Shown here in pieces: positions 19,508 to 27,588 of a stretch of 30,105 bases of DNA. Origin of the DNA: Candidatus Thorarchaeota archaeon. GTDB lineage: Archaea; Asgardarchaeota; Thorarchaeia; Thorarchaeales; Thorarchaeaceae. How positions within the stretch are numbered: the first letter of the stretch is position 1; the number at the start of each line of letters is the position of its first letter. The translations under genes were made by a program, and so were the position numbers. The stretch lies in assembly GCA_016840855.1 (NCBI GenBank), contig JAEORO010000067.1, forward strand, positions 1 to 30,105, given 5' to 3'. The notes under the pieces are model-generated. The model was not told where the DNA came from. It saw nothing but the letters and a program-made list of their open reading frames with translations, and ran no database searches.

Positions 19508-20443
19508 ATGTTTGTGTTTGATAAAGAACAGATAATTCACACTATTGGTGGGATTAGAATTGGAGGCAATCCTGGTGAAACTCCAACTGTCCTAGCTGGC
19601 ACAATCTTCTATGGGGGTCACAAGATTGTTAGTGACACCAAGAAGGGACTTTTTGATAAAGAAACAGCAACAGCTTTGGTACAGAAACAAGATGAAATGT
19701 CTCAGTTAACAGGAAATCCCGCACTCGTACAGATTTTCTCAGAAACCGAAACAGCTCTGATAAAATACATTGATTTTGTGTCAGATATAACAGATGCACC
19801 TTTTCTCATTGATTCAACAGAACCAATGGTTCGCATAGCTGGGTTGCTTCATTCCGAAGAGGTGGGTCTCCTTGATCGCGCTATCTACAACTCGCTCAAT
19901 GTATCCGCTACAAATGAGGAAATAGAAGCCCTGAGAAACATCCAGCATGAATGTGCGATTATTCTCGCCTTCAACCCGCAAGATCCCTCTATTGCAGGAA
20001 GAAGAAAAGTCCTAGAAACTGGTGCACTTGACCTTGACAAGGGACTTCTTCCTCTAAGCAACGAGCTCGGGATAGCAAAACCCTTGATTGATACCGCTGT
20101 GACTGCAATGGGCGCTGGAGCAGGTTCTGCAGCAGCCTTTACACTTGTGTCAAAAACAGTCTATGGTCATCCCACAGGGTCTGGTGTGCATAATGCTCCA
20201 TCATCTTGGACTTGGTTACGAAAGTACAAGAAGATTGATCGAGAAAGTTTCTTGACGGCTGATGTTGCATCAAATCTCATTGTTCAGATGATGGGAGCTG
20301 ATTTCATCCTCTATGGTCCGATTGAAAATGCCAACCGCGTATTCCCTGTCATTGCTATGGGCGATATCTTTACTGCAGAGTCACTAGAGTTGGAGTTTGG
20401 AGTGACAACGCCTGATGACCACCCCTACAAGAAACTGCTTTAG
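19508..20443 (+). CDS. mtrH: Tetrahydromethanopterin S-methyltransferase subunit H-like
   Basis: MFVFDKEQ..IGGNPGETPTVLAGTIFY, PFLIDST, IYNSLN, GSGVHNAPSSW, GADFILYGPIENA. SD GGAGGT at 19494-19499. Confidence 0.93.
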   Translation: MFVFDKEQIIHTIGGIRIGGNPGETPTVLAGTIFYGGHKIVSDTKKGLFDKETATALVQKQDEMSQLTGNPALVQIFSETETALIKYIDFVSDITDAPFLIDSTEPMVRIAGLLHSEEVGLLDRAIYNSLNVSATNEEIEALRNIQHECAIILAFNPQDPSIAGRRKVLETGALDLDKGLLPLSNELGIAKPLIDTAVTAMGAGAGSAAAFTLVSKTVYGHPTGSGVHNAPSSWTWLRKYKKIDRESFLTADVASNLIVQMMGADFILYGPIENANRVFPVIAMGDIFTAESLELEFGVTTPDDHPYKKLL

Positions 20444-21875
20444 TTTGGATGTGGCTGATGTGGTGAAGAAAGATAGGGTTCTAAGACCTCGCTCAATTGG
20501 TATATCTTCTCTTCGAAAAGGTCACTATTACACAGTAGCTTCAGTTGAACTTGGAAATACTACGACTAAATGTATCCTTGTGACGACCAACCTGGAAACA
20601 GCTGAGATTTTTGAAATAGACAAAGAAGTTCGACTTACTAGAGATGTTCGATCTCCTGGACCTCAAGAAACAGTATTTGGCAGAACAATCTTTGGAGTTA
20701 ATCTTACACGCGAATCAGTATCAGAGATGATTACTGATGTCCTGACCATCGTCCTAAAACGGGCAAGACTTGACATTGATCGAGATCTTCATTTTGTAGT
20801 AAGGTCAACAGGCGTAACTGCAGGATTCGCTCATCCTTCAGAAGTCGGAATAATCGTTCAGGCGCTTGCAGATGGGTGTCTTAATGCTGGTGTACCTCCT
20901 CGAAAAATGACTGCTTCTCTCTCTCCTGCAAATCTTCCGTCTGAATTGCAGGCTTTCACATGGTTGAAGAAAGTCTACTTTGATGGTGCTGTAGCTAGTT
21001 CATTACCACCCTCAGAAACAGATATTGTAGCTAATGAGATGGAAGGTGAGCTTGTTACTGCGGGAATCAAAGGGGCTGCAAAGAGTACTAAGATTGACTT
21101 CCGCAATCCAGTTATGACTCTTGACTTTGGCACGACTCTGGCTGGTCGGATTACAGATGACAGTTACCCTTATGCTAAAACGATAGGGTCCTTTGCTGGA
21201 TTAGCTGGAGCAATTCCAGATTCACTAGTACGTCTATCTGGTTTAGTCCCAGTGATGAACGGGTCAGTATTAGACCTCCCACAAGCACGAAAATTAAGAA
21301 GTGTGCAGATTGATACAGCCTGGATCACTGCCATTGACAAACACATTAGAGTTGAAAAAGTCAAACAAACAGACTCACGCTTTGGAACTGTCCCTGTAAA
21401 TGGGAAATCTGCTGAGGTTGCTGGGGTCCTTTTGATTGGCGTTGATGTTGGTAAGAACGGGTCCAAGCTAGATGAGTTGGAGAAGATTGGAGAAGCCATT
21501 AACAATGAAGCGGGAATTGAAACTCTTCTAGTGGTTATAGATCACATTCAGGCAAATGTAGTACAACGGATCCTATCTATTGCGGATTCTGAAGGTCTCA
21601 TCTCTGACAAGACTTCACTGGGTCTTACAGGTCGATCAATCATAACAGGAAACAAGCCTAAGCTAATTGTTGATAATCTCAAACTTACTAATGGGAACTT
21701 GTGGGTTTCTTCGCATGACCTCCTCTTTGTCGAGGATGGTTTGGCTATGGGGGCTGCGGTGGCAGCCAGATGTATGAATTCGATGGGAACAACACAAAAT
21801 CCAATGGGAGGTCGTAAGGGTGATAGGTGCATCATGTCTGACAGAATGAAGCTTCAAAACAAAGGACATGGATGA
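20415..21875 (+). CDS. Methanogenesis marker protein 14 (DUF2114-like, ASKHA ATPase fold)
   Basis: YYTVASVELGNTTTKCIL, DLHFVVRSTGVTAGF, NEMEGELVTAGIK, DFRNP..DFGTTLAGRI, DGLAMGAAVAARCMNSMGT..NPMGG. Start uncertain, possibly GTG 20451. Confidence 0.85.
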   Translation: MTTPTRNCFSLDVADVVKKDRVLRPRSIGISSLRKGHYYTVASVELGNTTTKCILVTTNLETAEIFEIDKEVRLTRDVRSPGPQETVFGRTIFGVNLTRESVSEMITDVLTIVLKRARLDIDRDLHFVVRSTGVTAGFAHPSEVGIIVQALADGCLNAGVPPRKMTASLSPANLPSELQAFTWLKKVYFDGAVASSLPPSETDIVANEMEGELVTAGIKGAAKSTKIDFRNPVMTLDFGTTLAGRITDDSYPYAKTIGSFAGLAGAIPDSLVRLSGLVPVMNGSVLDLPQARKLRSVQIDTAWITAIDKHIRVEKVKQTDSRFGTVPVNGKSAEVAGVLLIGVDVGKNGSKLDELEKIGEAINNEAGIETLLVVIDHIQANVVQRILSIADSEGLISDKTSLGLTGRSIITGNKPKLIVDNLKLTNGNLWVSSHDLLFVEDGLAMGAAVAARCMNSMGTTQNPMGGRKGDRCIMSDRMKLQNKGHG

Positions 21876-21917
21876 CTTTATTTTGTGGTCCATGACAAGC
21901 CCTTTTTGGTTAGCAGT

Positions 21918-22697
21918 ATGCAGATACTTCCAATTAAGACCCGGCTTATTATCTCAAGTGATGATATTCTTGAAGTGATTTCAAAAGGGATTGAAGATGC
22001 TGGACTTGAAATACAGGATAATGATATCCTCGCCGTAGCTGAAACTCCTCTCGGTACTACAGAAGGACGACTTGTTCCACTGGCTGAGGTAGTTCCATCC
22101 GAAGAAGCTGAGAAATTAGCTCAGAAATTCGATATGATTCCTGAAGTTGCTGAACTAGTTTTGCAAGAAGCTAATGAGATACTTGGCGGAATCCCTCATG
22201 TTTTACTCACCATCAAGAATAACACCTTAATGGCAAATGCTGGAGTTGACAAGTCTAATGCTCCTCCTGGATTTGCCTCACTTCTTCCAGTTGACGCACG
22301 TGCAAGTGCTCAAAGATTACGAAATGAAATCCTAAACCAATTCGGGAAGAAAGTTGGTGTCCTTGTTATTGATAGTCGAACGCAACCCCTAAGACTCGGA
22401 AATATTGGAATGGCCCTTGGTGTAGCTGGTTTCCGTCCTGTTGCTGATGACCGAGGTAGAAGAGATTTGTATGGTAATGAGTTGCGAGTCACTCGGAGAG
22501 CTATAGCGGATAATCTTGCCTCAGCTTGTACCGCAGTGATGGGTGAATCCAATGAGTCAATTCCAGCAGCAATCATTCGAGATGCTCCAGTGGAATATGT
22601 CGACAATTCATTTGACTCATCAGAAATGTGGATCTCACCATCAGAATGTATGTACATGGCAATCTTCGATCAATGGAAACGAGACGCGACCAGATAG
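21918..22697 (+). CDS. cofE: Coenzyme F420-0:L-glutamate ligase
   Basis: ANAGVDKSN, DSRTQPLRLG, DLYGNELRVT..AIADNLASA..VMGESNESIP. Start moved to ATG 21918. Confidence 0.9.
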   Translation: MQILPIKTRLIISSDDILEVISKGIEDAGLEIQDNDILAVAETPLGTTEGRLVPLAEVVPSEEAEKLAQKFDMIPEVAELVLQEANEILGGIPHVLLTIKNNTLMANAGVDKSNAPPGFASLLPVDARASAQRLRNEILNQFGKKVGVLVIDSRTQPLRLGNIGMALGVAGFRPVADDRGRRDLYGNELRVTRRAIADNLASACTAVMGESNESIPAAIIRDAPVEYVDNSFDSSEMWISPSECMYMAIFDQWKRDATR

Positions 22698-22848
22698 AAC
22701 TTAATCAATCGATACGTGCTGACAATCTTATTTAGGTCTATTAGAATGAGATAATACTAATGGATAAGAAGTCCATTTTGATAAGAATGAGATGTTCTTG
22801 CCTTGCACATATTCCACCTTGTGGATTGGCAATAGGAGGATTCAATAT

Positions 22849-24198
22849 TTGAAAAAGAAGACAGTTCTCATAGACGTTGCAACTGCAGGTGCCTCAGGAG
22901 ATATGTTCTTAGCTGCTCTCACAGACCTCATTGGTGAGGATGATGCTCTGCTTCCAGTTGCCGCCAGTCTTCTAATCTATGATCCATCATTTCGTCTAAA
23001 CATAGTATCTAGTTCACATTCAGGAACAACCGGTCGTCAAATTCAGATATCACAAAATACTGGAATTCGCTTGACTCCTATTTCGATAAAGGAAGTACTT
23101 CATTCAGTAGCTGAAGAAGTAGAGCTATCTGAAGCAGGAAAGAACCTTGCTGAAAAAGCATTAAACGAGCTCCTTGAGGCTGAGAGCCGAGCTCACGACA
23201 AACCGATAGAAGAACTTCATCTTCATGAAACTGGAACTGTTGATACCATTCTTGATATTGTTGGTTCAGCTTATCTCCTTGATAGACTTGGACTTCTGGA
23301 AGAAGCTGAGTTTCTAGCAACCTCTGTTGCTGTTGGGAGTGGGACCATCGAAACTGAGCATGGTTCTCTTGAAGTTCCTGTTCCAGCGGTTGCTGAACTG
23401 CTAGTAGCACATGATGTTCCCTACCATAATGGAGATGCAAAGACCGAGGTCCTTACTCCAACTGGAGCAGCCATTCTAATCGCAATCACAGACAAGTTTG
23501 TTGAAACGCATGAAGATTTTGTTGCTCAGAATCAAGGATTTGGTTTTGGTGTACGTGATCTTGGAAAAATCCCTAATATGATGTCAATTGTTATCGGAGA
23601 AACAGTTGTACAAGAGGGCGAAGAAAAAGAAGTCAGCAAACCACCCAAAGAAGAACCGAAAAAGAAAGAGACTAAACCCCGTAAGGAACCCTCTCCAAAA
23701 GCTGAGGAGAAACCAAAAATGCTCGATTCATGGAATGAAGATGATGTCATAGTAATCGAAACCAATGTTGACGATGTTGATGGTGAAACCATAAGTACAT
23801 TATTTGAAACCCTTCTTGATGAGGGTCTTGCATACGATGTAACTATAATTCCTGCTATGGGTAAGAAAAACAGACCCTGTTTCGTTGTAAAGGTAATAGC
23901 AGCTAAAGCTGGTTTAAAGAGCATTGCTGATGTGATGATTCGGAATCTTGGTACCATTGGGATTCGCTATACAACTTGGCAACGACTCAAAGCCAATCGT
24001 GAAACCATTGTCTGTAGCCTTGACATCGACGGCACTGAACATATGGTTCGTGTGAAGGTTTCTCGAAGTGTAGATGGCAGTATTCTAAGCATAAAACCTG
24101 AAGCTGACGATGTGCTTCGTGTGTCAAAAGAAACCGGAATACCCGTTCGCGAGCTACGCCCTCGAATCGCAATGCAAGCACATGCAGTGACTGAATAA
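22849..24198 (+). CDS. larC: LarC-family nickel insertion protein
   Basis: GASGDM, AESRAH..LHLHETG, HGSLEVPVPA, TPTGAA, ETNVDD, MGKKNRP, KPEADD. TTG 22849 follows SD AGGAGGA. Confidence 0.88.
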   Translation: MKKKTVLIDVATAGASGDMFLAALTDLIGEDDALLPVAASLLIYDPSFRLNIVSSSHSGTTGRQIQISQNTGIRLTPISIKEVLHSVAEEVELSEAGKNLAEKALNELLEAESRAHDKPIEELHLHETGTVDTILDIVGSAYLLDRLGLLEEAEFLATSVAVGSGTIETEHGSLEVPVPAVAELLVAHDVPYHNGDAKTEVLTPTGAAILIAITDKFVETHEDFVAQNQGFGFGVRDLGKIPNMMSIVIGETVVQEGEEKEVSKPPKEEPKKKETKPRKEPSPKAEEKPKMLDSWNEDDVIVIETNVDDVDGETISTLFETLLDEGLAYDVTIIPAMGKKNRPCFVVKVIAAKAGLKSIADVMIRNLGTIGIRYTTWQRLKANRETIVCSLDIDGTEHMVRVKVSRSVDGSILSIKPEADDVLRVSKETGIPVRELRPRIAMQAHAVTE

Positions 24199-24205
24199 AT
24201 AATCA

Positions 24206-26482
24206 TTAATTTGTGAGAAGGAACGTCTGTTCTGAATCCAATTCTCCTCTTGAGCTGAGATACTGTGTGGGTATTAGGCTTTCAAAAGCACGATTACAAA
24301 GTTCTGCATATGCTTTTGGATCGTATCTCGTTGACTCACCGAACAGCTCCAATGCGCATACTCTACGTAGAGGGTTTTCTGAGTCTGCGGATGTCATCAC
24401 ATATCGGACCTTTTGACCGGCGTGTAATTCCCTACCCGCCTTGACCAGTTGCTGAGCAACCACCGCCGCTCGAGATGTAGCACGATATTCATGGGGATTT
24501 CGCGTGAGCGAGGCATTGAGAACCAAGTCTCTGAGATCAACAACATCATCATAGAGCCTGCTAATATACTCCTGGCATACTGCGTATGCGTTTGGTATCT
24601 GTTCAATAAACCCTGCTTTGTCTCGGCCACGAGCAAGGGTCTTGATCATCTCTTTTTGGCAGTCTCCCACATAGAGGCATACATCACGTCGTCGGGTTTC
24701 GATTCCCCGTGTCTTTATTGCTCCATTCTTATAGACGCCATAGTATCTGTTCAGCGGAGCAATTGAGGGGTGAAGACGAGAGGATGGAATGACCATCCAT
24801 CTATAGACCCCTTTGGGTGACATGTGAATATCAACATCACTGGTCACTCGCTTACAGAACTCTACCACGTTGTCGTAGTCGACCTCTTCCTCAGCCTGCA
24901 ACCAGACAGAGTCTACAATTCCATGAATCATCATAAGTCCCATCTCTTCTCCAATCTCCTGGGTCCTGAGCATGACATCTCTAGCAAATGCAGTGACCGC
25001 GGTATGAGCCTCAACCCTCCCGAATTTTGCGTTCTTGAAGCCAAGATATCCAAAACATGAAACCAAGACCCCCTTCAATGTGTTCTGAACAAATTCGTAT
25101 TTCATGGCGTCCTGCCCTCCCTCTATTAGGTTCTTGAACTTCTTCCTTCTATTGACAAGCATCTCTAATGATTTTGACACAATTCCCCTCTTGCGAGTAC
25201 AGATCTTGAAACTCAGTTCAGGGACCTTAATGCAGTACTCCTCACCATATGGGCAGTCTGTTCGAGTACAGATGGTTTCAGGACTGATGTTATTATTGAC
25301 CATGAGCGTAGGGTACATTGATGAGAAATCGCATTCAGCGATATTCTCATAGATGTCTGGTCGAGGTTGGAGGATTAGCCCTCCTCTATCGATAGCAGCC
25401 AGCTCATTCAGAGACTTGAGAAACTCAGGGTTTCGTTTGACTGGTGGGATGAGGATATCCATCTTGAAGGCATTGTAGTATTGTACGGCCGCATTCACTC
25501 CACCGATTGTCATTCGCGAAACTTTCTGTGGTCGACCCAAGGCAAGCCGGCAGCTCTCCACTACGCCCTCTAGTCCCACCGGTGAATAGAAGTGCATACC
25601 GCTCTTTCCTCGGTCAATATGAATTCTCCCGTTTAGCATGACCTGTGTCCCTGACTTGAACACAACACGGTTATACTGCCAGAACGACTGAGGCTCTTGG
25701 TAGACTACCTTCAGAGGTGTTCCATCCCTCGAGAGACGTATTTCCATCCCGTTGACTTTTGCACGTAGGCTCAGGTATCTGAAGAGGCTCTCATCGCCTC
25801 TTCTCGTGTTTATCACATCCGGGTCTATCTGGTCGATGATGCTTTGAAACCTGCAGAGAATATTGCGCTCTTCTTCGTCCTCGATGAGGATAGTGTTTCC
25901 TCTGTAATAGACCTCAATGTGGTGTATCCCGTCCTCCATCTTTGGAAAGATTTGGTCAGTGTCGACGAACACTTCGAACCCCAGTTCTTCGAGCTCGGGA
26001 ATATCATACTTGGGATCTTCCCGCTTGTCAAGGCATTTTATCTCGACAATCTCATCTCCCTTCAGTTCAAACTCAACGTGTCCAAAGGCGAACATGTCAT
26101 TGGTAACGAAGAACTGATGAACCGGGTCAATGTCTGCATGAAACACTGTTGCCCCGGGTAGCTTCTCAAGGTCTCTTGCTACCTCTCGCTGAGCATCTGG
26201 TGTAGTAAACACCTGCAGAACTGGACTCATGTCAGTGTCATAGACACTTGTGTACCTCTTCACTATCTCCGAGTGCACTATTTTGGGGTGTTCCAAGACC
26301 GCGCGCAGGATGTCATTCTTGCTCCATTCCCTACTTCTCATCAGGTCTGTGCTTACATATACAGATGGATGAAATCCTCGATAGGTATAGCCATTGGTCT
26401 TCCCCTCGCTCTTGATCCAGAGGGTCAGTGCCTGTTTCTCTTGATCCACACTGCAGTCCAAGAGCCATCCTGTCTTCTTCAT
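24206..26482 (-). CDS. polB2: Family B DNA polymerase, PolB2 group
   Basis: Motif A DFSSMYP, NISPET, motif B KGVLVSCFGYLG, motif C HGIVDS (instead of YGDTDS), RGIETRRRD; degenerate exonuclease motifs. Confidence 0.88.
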   Translation of the reverse strand: MKKTGWLLDCSVDQEKQALTLWIKSEGKTNGYTYRGFHPSVYVSTDLMRSREWSKNDILRAVLEHPKIVHSEIVKRYTSVYDTDMSPVLQVFTTPDAQREVARDLEKLPGATVFHADIDPVHQFFVTNDMFAFGHVEFELKGDEIVEIKCLDKREDPKYDIPELEELGFEVFVDTDQIFPKMEDGIHHIEVYYRGNTILIEDEEERNILCRFQSIIDQIDPDVINTRRGDESLFRYLSLRAKVNGMEIRLSRDGTPLKVVYQEPQSFWQYNRVVFKSGTQVMLNGRIHIDRGKSGMHFYSPVGLEGVVESCRLALGRPQKVSRMTIGGVNAAVQYYNAFKMDILIPPVKRNPEFLKSLNELAAIDRGGLILQPRPDIYENIAECDFSSMYPTLMVNNNISPETICTRTDCPYGEEYCIKVPELSFKICTRKRGIVSKSLEMLVNRRKKFKNLIEGGQDAMKYEFVQNTLKGVLVSCFGYLGFKNAKFGRVEAHTAVTAFARDVMLRTQEIGEEMGLMMIHGIVDSVWLQAEEEVDYDNVVEFCKRVTSDVDIHMSPKGVYRWMVIPSSRLHPSIAPLNRYYGVYKNGAIKTRGIETRRRDVCLYVGDCQKEMIKTLARGRDKAGFIEQIPNAYAVCQEYISRLYDDVVDLRDLVLNASLTRNPHEYRATSRAAVVAQQLVKAGRELHAGQKVRYVMTSADSENPLRRVCALELFGESTRYDPKAYAELCNRAFESLIPTQYLSSRGELDSEQTFLLTN

Positions 26483-26488
26483 TCGTCA

Positions 26489-26758
26489 TCACTTGCGGCC
26501 GAACTTTTCTTCCAAGACCTGAACCCTCTCCCGAATCTCGTCAAGCTCTCCGAGCATCTCCAAGATTGCAGATAGTAGGATGACTTCAATGATACGTGGT
26601 GTCACCATCATGGTGCCCGCATCTGCGTGCCCTCTTGCATAGTTGAAAATACGGTCGAAACGGTCTCTCTGGGAAGGTCTAAGGGTCCGCCTGAAGTCTT
26701 TCCATCGTGCTTCCTCAATCCTGACTGCGTCTCTATAGGTGCGGACTGTACGGCCCAC
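26489..26758 (-). CDS. Small helical protein of polB2 operons (arCOG07300-like)
   Basis: GRTVRTYR..E..RW..FRRTLR..FD..AR.HA pattern, 6 nt upstream of polB2. GTG 26758 follows SD-like GAGGA; ATG 26767 is an alternative start. Confidence 0.75.
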   Translation of the reverse strand: MGRTVRTYRDAVRIEEARWKDFRRTLRPSQRDRFDRIFNYARGHADAGTMMVTPRIIEVILLSAILEMLGELDEIRERVQVLEEKFGRK

Positions 26759-26966
26759 GGTCTTCATCCTCTCAATGGCGTTACCCCGCAGGACCAGCAA
26801 ACGGTCTCTGGACTGCTGGGCTAGTATGTTACGACCCTACTGATTGTGGGTTTTCTGGAACTCTTTAGTTCGTCCGAATGTATGCCTCTGAGGGGGACAG
26901 TTTCCCGAAAGTAAAGTGTGGCAAACTTTATGCTTCTTCATAGCGAGATTAGCTTGAGGTCTGAAA

Positions 26967-27443
26967 TTGGTCGATAAAGTCACGATTCAGTGTCCGGATG
27001 TGGAGGAGATAATCAAACTCTTAAAGAAGAAACATGGGGCTGACTATTCGAAAATATGGAGAATTGATGGACGTATAATTGGAGTATTCTCATTTGAAAG
27101 GAGTGGAGTCCTTACTTCCTCTGGCTTTGTCAATTTGATAACCCTTGACCATGATGAAACCTCAAAGAAATGTGAAGTGACCATTATTGGAGCTGGAGGT
27201 GGTATGCAACATCTGATTTCAGCGATGGAGATTGGCGATCCTGGAGCTGCACCTGTTTCAGATTTAGTCCGTTTAGCAAAGGATAGAAACTGGCCTATAA
27301 ATGTGAAAACAGCTAAAATAAAATCCCGTGGTGATGAGTGTCCCAATTGTCATTCTTCATATGTTTATCCCGATGAAATGGTCAAGGCAAATGGAATGGT
27401 ATCTTGTCAGAATTGTGGAAAACTCTTCAAAATTCGAGAGTAA
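26967..27443 (+). CDS. Hypothetical protein with C-terminal Zn ribbon
   Basis: CPNC-x16-CQNC at the C-terminus; SD-like GAGGT before the TTG start. Confidence 0.7.
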   Translation: MVDKVTIQCPDVEEIIKLLKKKHGADYSKIWRIDGRIIGVFSFERSGVLTSSGFVNLITLDHDETSKKCEVTIIGAGGGMQHLISAMEIGDPGAAPVSDLVRLAKDRNWPINVKTAKIKSRGDECPNCHSSYVYPDEMVKANGMVSCQNCGKLFKIRE

Positions 27444-27588
27444 TGGTGTTACCTTGCACGACCAACAACGGTTTCTGGATTTCTAGGTTTGTATGTTACA
27501 TTTTCACTAATTACTGATTTTATAGAACTCTCATGTCCATCCAAATGTATGAGTCCGAAGGGGACAGTCTCCCAAAAGTAAACACTCA

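Noticed and set aside
17886-21875. Evidence for methanogenesis or a Na+-pumping Mtr complex
   Set aside because: No mtrC/D/E or mcr in the window and MtrA has no TM anchor.
24206-26482. Polymerase as a pseudogene or as a casposon/viral PolB
   Set aside because: The ORF is intact, HGIVDS is typical of cellular PolB2, and no cas1, integrase, terminal repeats or capsid genes are visible.
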